From a virus (taxonomy: Duplodnaviria; Caudoviricetes): a DNA stretch of 64,000 nt. Both the position numbers and the translations under genes were made by a program. The notes under the pieces were generated by a model. The model was not told the DNA's origin. It did not search any database and saw only the letters and a list, made by a program, of their open reading frames with translations. Shown here piece by piece: positions 46,289 to 56,822 of this stretch; the first letter of the stretch is position 1, and each line of letters opens with the position of its first letter. The DNA is taken from the IMG/VR virus record IMGVR_UViG_3300032303_001800, positions 1 to 64,000 of that record. One strand, given 5' to 3'.

Positions 46289-47284
46289 ATGCCTTTAACT
46301 GGAACAATCGGAAGTTCGTCTTCGCGTGCGTATGGTGAATTTCTAAAAAATAGATTTGCTGTAGTTAACGGCTATACTTTTACTGGTAATGATGGGTATG
46401 CGTACGCCGTTTTTAATACCCCTACCTCTGCGGGTTCTCTTTCTGTTGCTGGAAGCGGCCTAGCCCTTGAATACATAGTTATTGGTGGCGGCGGTGGTGG
46501 GGCCTACGGTCCCTACCTACGCACTGGTACTAACCTTTCCAACTATGCCTACTATTCCGGTGGTGGTGGTGGTGGTGGAGCGGGACAGTTGCTATACGGC
46601 ACTCTCAGTTCCGTTTCTGGCACAATTTCCGGAATTACCGTTGGAACTGCTGGCTCTGGAAATGACACGCAGGGCAGCAACGGCGGCAACAGCGTTTTAA
46701 GTTCAATCACTTCTATTGGTGGCGGCGGTGGTGGTGGGTACACCGGAACCTCCCCAACGGAAAGTTCTGCAAATGGTCTTACCGGCGGTTCTGGCGGTGG
46801 TGGTTCAGGTGAGGCTACAACCGGTGGTGGGGCCTACGGCGGTTCTGCGGGAACTGGGGCAAATGTTTATGCCGGTGGTCAGGGTGCATTTGGTGGCGGT
46901 GGTGGCGGTGGTGCTACTACGGCTGGTACTCCAGGTTTCTCCTTTACGGGTACTTCCTCTGCCGGTGGTAACGGAATATCGACTTACTCCACTTGGTACG
47001 TTTCGCCTTCAACAACGCTTGGTGCCGTCTGCGGCGGTGGCGGTGGGTCTGCCGCTCAGTGGGTAGACAGTGGAGGGTGGTCTGCCTACACCGGGGGTCC
47101 CGGCGGTTCTGGCGGTGGCGGCAGAGGGGCCTATACGAGTAGCGGTCTTACTGCCGGTAATGGTACCGCATACGGTGCGGCCGGTGGTGGAGGTTGTCAA
47201 AGTGTCCCGGGCCACGGCAGCCTTCTCTATGGCAACGGTTATAGCGGTCTTGTAATTGTTCGCGTACCAGTGTCGTCTTTGTAA
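46289..47284 (+). CDS. Glycine-rich virion protein
   Basis: YIVIGGGGGG, GGSGGGG repeats, GYSGLVIVR end. Confidence 0.8.
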   Translation: MPLTGTIGSSSSRAYGEFLKNRFAVVNGYTFTGNDGYAYAVFNTPTSAGSLSVAGSGLALEYIVIGGGGGGAYGPYLRTGTNLSNYAYYSGGGGGGGAGQLLYGTLSSVSGTISGITVGTAGSGNDTQGSNGGNSVLSSITSIGGGGGGGYTGTSPTESSANGLTGGSGGGGSGEATTGGGAYGGSAGTGANVYAGGQGAFGGGGGGGATTAGTPGFSFTGTSSAGGNGISTYSTWYVSPSTTLGAVCGGGGGSAAQWVDSGGWSAYTGGPGGSGGGGRGAYTSSGLTAGNGTAYGAAGGGGCQSVPGHGSLLYGNGYSGLVIVRVPVSSL

Positions 47285-47323
47285 TTACTTGCTATACTTG
47301 CTATAATTATAGCGAGGAGTGCC

Positions 47324-48556
47324 TTGATTACTGTCTTCACGCCCAGCCATAATCCCAGATACCTAGATGAGTGTTACGCATCTCTTGCCGCTCAAACTTA
47401 CGCAGACTGGGAATGGGTCGTTTTGTTGAACGGCAGAGTAGAATGGTCTTGCGACGACAAACGCGTTATTGTTAGTTACGCCAAACCTAACGTTAAAGGT
47501 GTGGGGGCTCTCAAAAAGGAAGCCGTTAATCGTGCAAGCGGAGAAATTCTAGTCGAACTAGACCACGACGATTTACTTCTGCCTAATGCGCTCAATGAAA
47601 TTTACGCTGCTTTTGGCCGCTGGGGCGATGTTGGCTTTGTATACTCAGACACCATTCAGATTAATGAAGATGGCTCGCCTAACACCTCTCGTTATGATGA
47701 GCGATTTGGCTGGGAATATTACAACTACAACGAATACATTGTTCCGCGTACGTTTGAACCACATCCTCAAAATGTTTCCCATATTTGGTTTGCCCCCAAT
47801 CACGTAAGAGCCTTTAGGCGCTCTGTTTATGACCTGGTTGGTGGTTACGACCAAGCCTTAGACGTTCTTGACGACCAAGATTTAATGTGCAAAATGTATC
47901 AAGTCACGGAATTCCGTAAAATTGGTACACCTCTTTACAAACAGCGTATTCATCAAAAAAATACTCAGCATGTTCCCGAAATCAATGCACGCATTCAAAC
48001 GGAAACAGTTGAAATTGCCGATAAATATATAATGGGCAACATTCTTGCTTGGGCATCAAGGAACAAACTCTTAGCCCTAGACCTTGGCGCGGCACATGAT
48101 AAGCCAGCAGGGTTCTTGGGGGTTGATTTACGCGAGCGCCCAGGGGTGGACATCGTTGGCGATTTTCTTGCGCTTGACTTGCCGGAAAGTTCTGTTGGCG
48201 TTATTCGTGCCTCCGACTTTCTTGAACACATTGCAGACAAAACGGCTGTAATGGAAAAGATTTACTATTTGCTCGCAGATGGTGGAATGCTTTTATCCAT
48301 GACTCCAAGCACGGACGGCCGCGGTGCCTTTCAAGACCCAACTCACGTTTCGTACTGGAATGAAAATTCGTTTTGGTATTACACCCGCGCGCAAACTGCC
48401 GCTTACATTGATTCACAACTTCGTTTTCAAGTTTCGCGTCTCCGAACGTTTTTTCCATCGGAGTGGCACGAGCACAACAACATTTCGTACGTTCAGGCCA
48501 ACTTGATTGCCATCAAGGAACCGGGCAGAAAGTACGGCGGAATTTTAGAGATATAG
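47324..48556 (+). CDS. GT2 glycosyltransferase fused to SAM-dependent methyltransferase-like domain
   Basis: VFTPSHN, ELDHDD (DxD), DDQDL; C-terminal LDLGA, DFLEHI, AFQDPTHVSYWNENSF. Confidence 0.88.
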   Translation: MITVFTPSHNPRYLDECYASLAAQTYADWEWVVLLNGRVEWSCDDKRVIVSYAKPNVKGVGALKKEAVNRASGEILVELDHDDLLLPNALNEIYAAFGRWGDVGFVYSDTIQINEDGSPNTSRYDERFGWEYYNYNEYIVPRTFEPHPQNVSHIWFAPNHVRAFRRSVYDLVGGYDQALDVLDDQDLMCKMYQVTEFRKIGTPLYKQRIHQKNTQHVPEINARIQTETVEIADKYIMGNILAWASRNKLLALDLGAAHDKPAGFLGVDLRERPGVDIVGDFLALDLPESSVGVIRASDFLEHIADKTAVMEKIYYLLADGGMLLSMTPSTDGRGAFQDPTHVSYWNENSFWYYTRAQTAAYIDSQLRFQVSRLRTFFPSEWHEHNNISYVQANLIAIKEPGRKYGGILEI

Positions 48557-48562
48557 GTCAAC

Positions 48563-49240
48563 ATGGCTGAGCCAGTTACAAATTTTAATCTTACGTGGGG
48601 CCAAAACGTTGGCATTACCGCGTCTTGGACTGCCGCGGAGGATGTGACAACTAATTCGTACTATTTGCTTTACATTTTTGACCAAAATTTGACTTATCCA
48701 AACTATATGTTTTGGAAAAAAATAGTTCCTTTTGCACAAAAGGTGTCAGGTCAAGCCGGATACGTGCTGCAACCGCCGTCAACTGTTTACCTTTTGCCCT
48801 GGTCCGATGTTCTTAATTTTGGCAAAAATAATCGAGCACCCGCTGCTATTTCTATGAAAATAATTCATGTAGACAGCACAGAAGCATTTAGCGACCCCGT
48901 GAGCGATACCGCCTACCCAAGGGCAGTTTCAAATTTTATTGGGGCCCCTCATCTCAACAATTACTTTGATTTTGACAGTTTTGGCCAGGCAAGAGTCACC
49001 CCACAAGATTCGTACGAAGAAATTTCAGACAACGTCAAAATGCTTCTTGACACCCCACTTGGTTCGCGTACTGCTGTTCCCGGTTATGGAACTGAAGATA
49101 CGCCACTTACCACGATTAACACCCAAATGATAGAAACCTCTATTCGCCAATGGGAAACTCGCGCCAATCCAATTGTAACCGTCACTTATGACGATGACAA
49201 TAATGCATCACTTAACGTCTTTATAAAAACTAATAATTAA
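48563..49240 (+). CDS. Baseplate wedge protein, gp25/W-like C-terminus
   Basis: LLDTPLGSRTAVPGYG, IRQWETR. Confidence 0.82.
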   Translation: MAEPVTNFNLTWGQNVGITASWTAAEDVTTNSYYLLYIFDQNLTYPNYMFWKKIVPFAQKVSGQAGYVLQPPSTVYLLPWSDVLNFGKNNRAPAAISMKIIHVDSTEAFSDPVSDTAYPRAVSNFIGAPHLNNYFDFDSFGQARVTPQDSYEEISDNVKMLLDTPLGSRTAVPGYGTEDTPLTTINTQMIETSIRQWETRANPIVTVTYDDDNNASLNVFIKTNN

Positions 49241-49249
49241 GGAAAGTAA

Positions 49250-51901
49250 ATGGCTACCAGTACCGGATACATTCAGTTACCAATCACAACTGACGTCGAT
49301 GCACTCATCCAGACTTCACTTCAGAACATTTCAAAAAACCTTACCGGCTGGGTACCAAGAGAAGGTAACCTTGAAGTTTTGCTAATAGAGCAATTTGCCT
49401 ACATGGTTGCTGAGGCGGCCAACGTTGCGTCCGACGTGCCAAAATCTATTTTTCGTTACTTTGGCAATCTAGTCGGCATTACGCCCAAAGACGGAACCAA
49501 GTCTCAGTTGAAGGCTGCCTGGACCCTTGTCAACCCAGCCCCTACCGGTGGACAGTTTATTGCCGCGGGTTCGGTTGCGGGATTTTACTACCAAGGAAAC
49601 GCTTACCAATTTCTTACAATTTCAGATGTTACAATTGCAGCGGGAGAACGCTCGGCAGAAATTGTTATGGAGGCCTCAGAAGCGGGAATTGGTTACAATA
49701 TTGACAGTTTAACTGGCTTTACAGCAGTTGGAACATACCTAACGCCTACGCCCAACAACCCACTTTTAAGCCAAGTTGCTATTACGGGTACTCCTGCTAG
49801 TAATAGCAGTTTGCTTTCTGGTGTTGACCCTGAAACTGACGCAGCATATCTTGACCGCTTGTCCGCCGAACTACAGTACTTGACTCCTCGTCCTATTACC
49901 GCAAATGACTACGCTCAGATTTCTACGAATGTTGATGGAGTATACCGCTCGGCTGTTTTGGACGGATTTAACCCTTTTGCTAATCGTTTTCACGTTCAAG
50001 ATGCCTACACGGGCCCAACTACGACTACACCAGTTGCATCATGGGGCGTTGTAGGTAACGGTACCAACTTCCCCTCCATTGCCGCCCCCACTTCAAGTGT
50101 GCCACTGACCATCACTACGTCATCGGTTGCCCTGGGTTCCACTTACATTACAACAGCAACCACCGCTGGTGCCACCACCCTTAATGTTAAGGGTCAGATT
50201 GTGCTGTCCGCCACAACCTCGACGCCTGTTTTTATCCTTATTGAAGAAGCGGGCGCCCAAGAAATTGCTATGGTTACCGCAGTGGCATCAGTTGGTTCCG
50301 GTGGCAGCACTACCTACAACCTTACTATTGGCGGTAGCGGGCTGGTGTATCCTCACGCAGCCGCATCTTCAGGAACTTACGTTACCGCCCTACAAGGAGT
50401 TAAGACCCCCACTGTCACTGGTTTGGCTGCCAATACCGATTGGTACCAATTAGGCGCACAGGTTAAGTGTGGAACTGGAACAACCAACACGGCAAGCGTT
50501 TACGTTGCTGGACTGGCTACTTACAACGACAATACCAAGCGTGTTTTTAGTTCTGCACCAATAAGCGGTCCTGCTCTGTTTGACCACACTAATCAAGTTA
50601 AAACTATTTTTTGCCCCGTAGACTCGCATGGAAGTTCCTCTCTAGCAAATGCTGCTTCAAGCGCTTTTACTGGAATTAAACAAAACATTTCTTCGCTACA
50701 GGCATATGTGCTCATTAAAACTACGGAACTTTCCAGAACTCACTTCATTTATACTGCTGGTTTAATGCAAACGCCGTTTAACTTTTCCGCTGGTGGCAAC
50801 GAAGACTTAAACAATTCTAACTCTAAATACAACTTTTTGCCCGACGCCACATTCAGTAGTTATAACGCAACTTCATTTTCTTCTTGGTATGTGCCCCCGT
50901 CTTCTAACCTTGTTGTTCTTCCTGGGATTGGATTGCAATTAGTTGGCACGGGCAGTGCGTCAGTTGCTGACGTTACTGTGCCTTCACAATTTTTTACATT
51001 AAGTAATATTGCAACATCAGGCACAGCAACCACTTCGCGTCAATATACTGTTTTTGCCAACATCGACACAACTTACTGTGGTGCAACGTATGACAAAATT
51101 GCTTTAGAAATTATTGATGCAGGCTCTAACTCAATATTGGCTACCGTTAGTCCTACTAATAACAGTATTCAGACTGTAGTAGCAACTTTTACACTTGCAA
51201 GTGCGCCAGCAACCGTTTTTGTTCGTTTAAATTTTCAAACAGGTTTAAATGTTATTAACGGTTCAAGCATTATTATTTCTCAAATTGGCCTTCTTTCCGG
51301 TTCCCTTTCTACCGCTCAATTGCCAAGTAAGTATCAGGCTGGGTATACGTGGTCTCCTGGTGACCAATACGTTACAAACGCATATGTTGCCCCAAGGAGC
51401 GTTGCATTAGTTCCGGTCGACCAAAGCGGTCTGGCTGTTAACACTGCCGTGAACAAAACGCTTGTGGACTACCTAGAAACTTACCGAGAAATTAATTTTA
51501 ACGTTTACTCGTTGAGCCCAAATTACGTTCCTATCGATGTTGTGTGGACCGGGACGGTTAATCCTGGTTACGCTGTAGGAGACGTGCAAACTGCAGGCAA
51601 CGCAGCAATTCGTAAATTCCTGTCTCCCGCCAACTGGGGTGGGGGGGACCAAAGCCCTCCCAAATGGGATATAACACAAACCAATTTAACTATTCTGGAC
51701 ATTGCCGGTGTTTTGAGTATTGTTCCTGGTATTGCAAACATAACGTCAATTAAAATTGCAGTAACCAGCACAACGCTTTTCCCAACAACCGTTGGAACCG
51801 GGAATGTAGGAATGACTGGTGTTGCACCATTGCCAATTGCCAACAACGTTGTTGGAACCGTTTACTCCAATAGTTCTGACGTAGCACTGGGAAGTGTATA
51901 A
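49250..51901 (+). CDS. Baseplate J-like wedge protein with large insert
   Basis: GVDPETDAAYLDRL, RPITANDY J-like motifs; 883 aa. Confidence 0.85.
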   Translation: MATSTGYIQLPITTDVDALIQTSLQNISKNLTGWVPREGNLEVLLIEQFAYMVAEAANVASDVPKSIFRYFGNLVGITPKDGTKSQLKAAWTLVNPAPTGGQFIAAGSVAGFYYQGNAYQFLTISDVTIAAGERSAEIVMEASEAGIGYNIDSLTGFTAVGTYLTPTPNNPLLSQVAITGTPASNSSLLSGVDPETDAAYLDRLSAELQYLTPRPITANDYAQISTNVDGVYRSAVLDGFNPFANRFHVQDAYTGPTTTTPVASWGVVGNGTNFPSIAAPTSSVPLTITTSSVALGSTYITTATTAGATTLNVKGQIVLSATTSTPVFILIEEAGAQEIAMVTAVASVGSGGSTTYNLTIGGSGLVYPHAAASSGTYVTALQGVKTPTVTGLAANTDWYQLGAQVKCGTGTTNTASVYVAGLATYNDNTKRVFSSAPISGPALFDHTNQVKTIFCPVDSHGSSSLANAASSAFTGIKQNISSLQAYVLIKTTELSRTHFIYTAGLMQTPFNFSAGGNEDLNNSNSKYNFLPDATFSSYNATSFSSWYVPPSSNLVVLPGIGLQLVGTGSASVADVTVPSQFFTLSNIATSGTATTSRQYTVFANIDTTYCGATYDKIALEIIDAGSNSILATVSPTNNSIQTVVATFTLASAPATVFVRLNFQTGLNVINGSSIIISQIGLLSGSLSTAQLPSKYQAGYTWSPGDQYVTNAYVAPRSVALVPVDQSGLAVNTAVNKTLVDYLETYREINFNVYSLSPNYVPIDVVWTGTVNPGYAVGDVQTAGNAAIRKFLSPANWGGGDQSPPKWDITQTNLTILDIAGVLSIVPGIANITSIKIAVTSTTLFPTTVGTGNVGMTGVAPLPIANNVVGTVYSNSSDVALGSV

Positions 51902-52734
51902 TGACTGTCGTTTTAACTTCGGACATGGACCCTTTAACATCCTTTCCTAGTTATAGTACCAATCAAGTTTATGGTGCCGTCCCTGGATTTATTCGTAAAT
52001 GGGACTCGAGCAATTACTTCATGTTGTACTACTTCCTTTTTGGAGCCGCCCAAATTATTGACATTATTGACTCATATAGTCGAGACAATATTGGCGTAGA
52101 TGGTGTTAGGGACGTTGTTAATTACCCTAATGCTCAAGGGTGGTCGCAAATTCTGGACACAGGATTGACGGTAAACGGTGTAGTCGAAAAACCAAACCGT
52201 GTGCCGGAAGCGGCGTTGCCTTGGCTCGGGCAATTTGTTGGGGTTCGTCTTGACCCTGCCTCCACCGCGCCTAAGTCGGATAAAATTAACAAAATTCAAA
52301 CGCACTCGTCTTTTCAACGTGGGACAGTATCGGCACTTATTTCATCTTTAATTGCGGCTTTAAATGCCCAATTAAAAAGTAGAGGTTTATCCGTAGCAAT
52401 GAAACAAGTTATTGTTATGGAGCAAACGCAATACGTCGACAGCGGTTACAACCATGCCGATTATGCATTTACTATTTTGTTGCCTAGATATTGTTTTAAT
52501 CTTTTTTCGTATCAACAATTAGAAACCATAGCAGATACTCAAGATATTAACGGAAATATCACCTACAACACTCGATATAGCGACGTTGAAACTTACGTTC
52601 AAAGTATTGGTGGCGCCTCTGGTTCCTATTCAGGGTTGAACCCCAGCACCACCCCAACGACAAACTCAAAAGTAACATCGTACATTTACCGTTACCGGCC
52701 AGCCGGTTTGATTATTTATATCGGAGGATATTAA
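51901..52734 (+). CDS. Baseplate wedge/tail protein I-like
   Basis: ALPWLGQFVGV, RGTVSAL, YRPAG end; follows J. Confidence 0.75.
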   Translation: MTVVLTSDMDPLTSFPSYSTNQVYGAVPGFIRKWDSSNYFMLYYFLFGAAQIIDIIDSYSRDNIGVDGVRDVVNYPNAQGWSQILDTGLTVNGVVEKPNRVPEAALPWLGQFVGVRLDPASTAPKSDKINKIQTHSSFQRGTVSALISSLIAALNAQLKSRGLSVAMKQVIVMEQTQYVDSGYNHADYAFTILLPRYCFNLFSYQQLETIADTQDINGNITYNTRYSDVETYVQSIGGASGSYSGLNPSTTPTTNSKVTSYIYRYRPAGLIIYIGGY

Positions 52735-53694
52735 ATGAACCACACTTCACGACTTAACATTCCATACCCCGCCACTACGGACCAGGCAAACATCTCTAGC
52801 GACATGGGCAACATTGCCTTGGCTATTGACGGCGCGACCATTTATCATCAAACCGCCAGCGGGGCAACCACCCCCTCTGGGGCCATTGGCGACATTTGGT
52901 GGTGCAGCGACCTTACAAACACCAACGGTTACTACGGTTTGAACTATTACGACGGGACCTCGTGGCGTAACCTTGGGCCCGATGTTGTCTCATCGTCAAC
53001 AACTCCAAGTGCACCTTTCCCGGGTTTGGTTTGGATTAACCCTAATGGCACCATCCAGGTATATCAGTCTGGTGCGTGGACCAACCTTATTGCTTATAAA
53101 ATTCCGCTTGCAACAACAGATGGTCAGTTTCTTCAGTACAGTTCGGGACTTGGTGCGCTTCAGTGGGCTACTATCAGTACTGTTCCTACTGGTGCAACCG
53201 CCGGGCAAATACTTCAATATAATGGTTCTGCAAATGCTTGGCGCAACCCACCCGCCATTGTTGCGGGGTATGTTGCTACCGCAGGCGTTAACATTTCTAC
53301 AAGTGGTGCCACGCTTGTGCCATCATCCTCTATGAGCGGGACGCTTACTGGATTTACTCAATATCTATTGTCTGTCAATTTTGACACCAATGGCGGCACC
53401 TACACCACACAAATCCAGGCAGGTCAACCCTCAGTGCAGGCCGGCACCAAACCCACGGTAAACGGTGCGGTGATTGTTGACTTTGCCGCCACGCCAACGG
53501 GTGGCGGGGCAGTTATTCAAGAACGTGCTTTTGCTGGTACTTTTATTGCAAATATTGATAGCGGTGGCACTGCAACAGCAGTTATTAACACGGCCATCTC
53601 TACAACGGTTTATGCATTTAGCGTCCTCGCTGCTACCACCGTCGGCAGTATGATAGTTAAAAACGGTCAATTCAGCGTTACCGGAATCAAGTAA
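52735..53694 (+). CDS. Tail fibre/minor tail protein
   Basis: TSRLNIPYP N-terminus, PSGAIGDIWW, GQILQYNG repeats. Confidence 0.72.
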   Translation: MNHTSRLNIPYPATTDQANISSDMGNIALAIDGATIYHQTASGATTPSGAIGDIWWCSDLTNTNGYYGLNYYDGTSWRNLGPDVVSSSTTPSAPFPGLVWINPNGTIQVYQSGAWTNLIAYKIPLATTDGQFLQYSSGLGALQWATISTVPTGATAGQILQYNGSANAWRNPPAIVAGYVATAGVNISTSGATLVPSSSMSGTLTGFTQYLLSVNFDTNGGTYTTQIQAGQPSVQAGTKPTVNGAVIVDFAATPTGGGAVIQERAFAGTFIANIDSGGTATAVINTAISTTVYAFSVLAATTVGSMIVKNGQFSVTGIK

Positions 53695-53704
53695 GGAATA
53701 ATTT

Positions 53705-54256
53705 ATGCCTATTTTAAAACCCGACATGCGCGCCAATATTGTGCAAACTGCTCGTATTATGGCCGCCAACAAAGGCGGCGGTCACATGCATTACACCCAG
53801 GACCTGTCTAAGCGCATGGCTTTTGAGCATTTAAATCAATTGGTTTGGCCCATTGAAACCGACTGTTCAGGCTGGTACACAATGCTTTATTACGTCAATG
53901 GCTGCCTTGACCCCAATAAGGCCGGCTACCGTGGATGGGGTAACACCGCTACGTTAATCACCGGCGGTAAGCAAATCCCGATGGCCAAGGTTCGCCCCGG
54001 TGATGCTGTTATTTACGGTCCCGGTGGCGGAGACCACGTTGCTATTGTTGTTGAAGTACATGGCACCAATATCATGACGCTCTCCCACGGTAAAGAAGGC
54101 GACCCCAGTTATGTTTGGGTTAACAAGCCAACCGGACTTATTCTTCCTCAAAATCAGGGCGTTAAGGCCGTTGACGGGCGTACCCCGCAGCGTTTCTTTA
54201 CATACGACACTATCCAGCGCCGACCCAAAGTTGGTTTGCCTCCCATGAAGGCATAG
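53705..54256 (+). CDS. NlpC/P60-family peptidoglycan peptidase (endolysin candidate)
   Basis: TDCSG catalytic Cys, PGDAVIYG, DHVAIV. Confidence 0.85.
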   Translation: MPILKPDMRANIVQTARIMAANKGGGHMHYTQDLSKRMAFEHLNQLVWPIETDCSGWYTMLYYVNGCLDPNKAGYRGWGNTATLITGGKQIPMAKVRPGDAVIYGPGGGDHVAIVVEVHGTNIMTLSHGKEGDPSYVWVNKPTGLILPQNQGVKAVDGRTPQRFFTYDTIQRRPKVGLPPMKA

Positions 54257-54262
54257 TGCGTT

Positions 54263-54652
54263 ATGTTAGCAAATTTGCTTAACTCAGCAAACTTTTGGTT
54301 TACATTTATTTCGTCAATTTTTCTGGTATGCGGTGGTGTGTGGGGTCTTGTTAAGGGCTACCACCAATTTGTTGCTCACATTGTTGAACAACGCAGGCAT
54401 GAACAAGAATTGACCAGTAATATTCATCAACTTCAAACGGAACAAACTCAACTCAGGACAGAACTGCATACCATTAGCAAGGACATTACTCCCAACGGTA
54501 AAAATACTCAACGACTTGGCGACATTGTTGCTCGGTCTGAGGAAAAAATTGACAATTTGACGGACTTTATAACCCGCTATGCGGAAAAAGTTGACAGTCT
54601 TGAACAAAAATTAGCCAAGCATATTGGTTATCACGAAGGCGCAGACCTTTAA
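54263..54652 (+). CDS. Single-TM coiled-coil membrane protein (holin-region)
   Basis: N-terminal TM then coiled coil with PNG..LGD motif; in lysis cassette. Confidence 0.62.
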   Translation: MLANLLNSANFWFTFISSIFLVCGGVWGLVKGYHQFVAHIVEQRRHEQELTSNIHQLQTEQTQLRTELHTISKDITPNGKNTQRLGDIVARSEEKIDNLTDFITRYAEKVDSLEQKLAKHIGYHEGADL

Positions 54653-54686
54653 CAATGGCATTAAATAAAAGGCTGGAGGCCAAATA

Positions 54687-55409
54687 ATGCAACGTACTGC
54701 AGGGATGAAGGGAATGGAAGTAGGGGACCCAATTGCCATTGGCACCCTGCAGGAATACGTAAGAGGCTCATTAATTGTGCCGCCGCAATCGTTTGATTAC
54801 GCCAAGAAAGTAAAAAACTTTCCTTTAGCGTTAAACGATGTCTTAAACAACTGCACTATTGCCAGTGCCATACACCTACTACAATTGGCTTACGCTGAAG
54901 TTAGCGAAATTTTTGAATACCCCGGCGACGATGTTGTTGCAGAAACTTATCGCAATCTTGCCGTTGACGGTAACGGGCTTGTTGAGCGAATTGTTCTTGA
55001 CCATTGGATGCGTCAGGGACTTTTTAACACAAAAATTATTGCATATGCCCCGGTTGATATTAAAAACCGAAAAGAAATGACCGCCGCAATTTATGCTTTT
55101 GGCGGTTTGCTATTGGGCGTTCACATGACCGAGGAAACCGAACGTCAATTTACGACTGGGAATGCTATTAGTTTAACCGGCAAGGAACAAGGAATTATTG
55201 GCGGTCACGCTATGGTTGCCACTGGCGCCAGCCCCTCCGGAATGGGCGTTGTCACCTGGGGGCACAAAGAACATATGACCTGGGACTGGTGGGACAAATA
55301 TGCCCACGAAGCCTGGGCAATTATACCTGAAGTTTTTGTCGAGGCTGACCACGGTCCAATATGGAACGTTGACATTCTTGGACTGCGACATGATTTGGAG
55401 AACTTATGA
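54687..55409 (+). CDS. Papain-like cysteine peptidase
   Basis: NDVLNNCTIAS Cys, GGHAMV His, VTWG. Confidence 0.78.
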   Translation: MQRTAGMKGMEVGDPIAIGTLQEYVRGSLIVPPQSFDYAKKVKNFPLALNDVLNNCTIASAIHLLQLAYAEVSEIFEYPGDDVVAETYRNLAVDGNGLVERIVLDHWMRQGLFNTKIIAYAPVDIKNRKEMTAAIYAFGGLLLGVHMTEETERQFTTGNAISLTGKEQGIIGGHAMVATGASPSGMGVVTWGHKEHMTWDWWDKYAHEAWAIIPEVFVEADHGPIWNVDILGLRHDLENL

Positions 55410-55924
55410 TTAAAAACTCTAGCATTCGTCCTGGTGATGCCGTTTTTGCACACACCCGCAATGTTTACGGTGTTGTTATTCGCTTTGGCCAAGCACTTCG
55501 TTGGTGGAAATACCGTTCTTGGAACCACATGGCCATTGTCAGCAAAATTGACTCCAACGGTCAAATTTGGGTAATTCAAATGGCTCGTCGTTGCGAAGAA
55601 GTAAAACTTGAAGACGTAGCACCCAAGGGCAAACTAAAATTTGTAGAAATACCCGAAGAAGTTAGCCGTATTAACTCTGTAGAATATGCTTACAAAAAAC
55701 TGGGCACAAAGTATGGCATACTTACTATTGTTAGCATTGCCATTAATCTTGCTTTACCCAAGCAAATTGTGTTTGATGTTCGCAGCAAAGGAACTCTTAT
55801 TTGCTCAGCCCTTGTAGCAAAAGCCTGGGAACATGGAAACTGGGATTGCCCGGTGGACTCTGGACAAATTACTCCAGCCGAATTTGACGGAATCATGGGC
55901 GGCGTAGGTAACGAACTCCGATGA
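55406..55924 (+). CDS. Permuted papain-like NlpC/P60 (YiiX/YebB-like) enzyme
   Basis: PGDAVF, WNHMAIV His before LICSALV Cys. Confidence 0.82.
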   Translation: MIKNSSIRPGDAVFAHTRNVYGVVIRFGQALRWWKYRSWNHMAIVSKIDSNGQIWVIQMARRCEEVKLEDVAPKGKLKFVEIPEEVSRINSVEYAYKKLGTKYGILTIVSIAINLALPKQIVFDVRSKGTLICSALVAKAWEHGNWDCPVDSGQITPAEFDGIMGGVGNELR

Positions 55925-56577
55925 GCCAACCAGTTGATTTTACAATCGTACAAACACCTGCAATGGGTGTAAAAATTGCAACATTTCCCCTTGAAAGTCA
56001 CTCTATGTATATGCGTCCGCCTTATCAGTTCCCTCAAGGTACCAAATTCCGCATCAAAGTATCTCCTCCGTTTACTGATGCTAACGGCATGCCTGTAACT
56101 CCAGACAAGGTAAAATTAGGGTTTCAAGTTAATGACGACCCGGCTACTCTTACCACGTTTACCTATACACAGGGAACCGGTGACCCAACCAACACCATCA
56201 TTAAGCCAACCTTTACCGGCACTTTGACTAAGAATTCTAATCTTATTACCAATGTTTCCGATATTTCTGGCGGTGTAACGGGTGCCATTATTACTTGTGG
56301 TCAAAGTGGTTTTGTTAGCGGTTCCGTAGTGACAAGTTGCAACTATAACCCTAACACTATTGAACTATCTCAAGTTTACTTAGGAACAACCATTAACAGC
56401 GTTTCCTTTGGCACAGTAGGAGTTTACTACGCCGATATTGACACATCTTTGTATACTGCTGGTTCGTGGAATGTTTCAGTTGCTTGCACCAATGTAACCG
56501 GTGGCGCTGATGCCAGCAAGACAAAAACTCGTCAAAATTTTAGCCTAACAGTCCTAAACAATCCATTTGTGCTATAA
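55921..56577 (+). CDS. Hypothetical beta-rich protein
   Basis: 218 aa, GVYYADIDT..AGSW Ig-like stretch. Confidence 0.68.
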   Translation: MSQPVDFTIVQTPAMGVKIATFPLESHSMYMRPPYQFPQGTKFRIKVSPPFTDANGMPVTPDKVKLGFQVNDDPATLTTFTYTQGTGDPTNTIIKPTFTGTLTKNSNLITNVSDISGGVTGAIITCGQSGFVSGSVVTSCNYNPNTIELSQVYLGTTINSVSFGTVGVYYADIDTSLYTAGSWNVSVACTNVTGGADASKTKTRQNFSLTVLNNPFVL

Positions 56578-56585
56578 TTCTTAGC

Positions 56586-56822
56586 ATGAAGGGAACGGTG
56601 ATGGTCAAGGTTGATTTGTCTGAATTTATTCGAGTAAAAAAATGTTTGGTTGGTTCGTTAGAACTATCCGAAGAACAATGGAAAAAACTGAACGCCGCAT
56701 TGGCGTATGCAGTTGAGGAAATTCCTACAACTGAAATTATGAGAGTTCTTGGGACGTGGGGCTTTAAAGTAAAGCGGACCACGCTATCCGAGCACCGGAG
56801 GCAGGTTTGTTGTTGTGAGTGA
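56586..56822 (+). CDS. Hypothetical protein
   Basis: 78 aa, Cys/His residues, overlaps next gene. Confidence 0.62.
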   Translation: MKGTVMVKVDLSEFIRVKKCLVGSLELSEEQWKKLNAALAYAVEEIPTTEIMRVLGTWGFKVKRTTLSEHRRQVCCCE

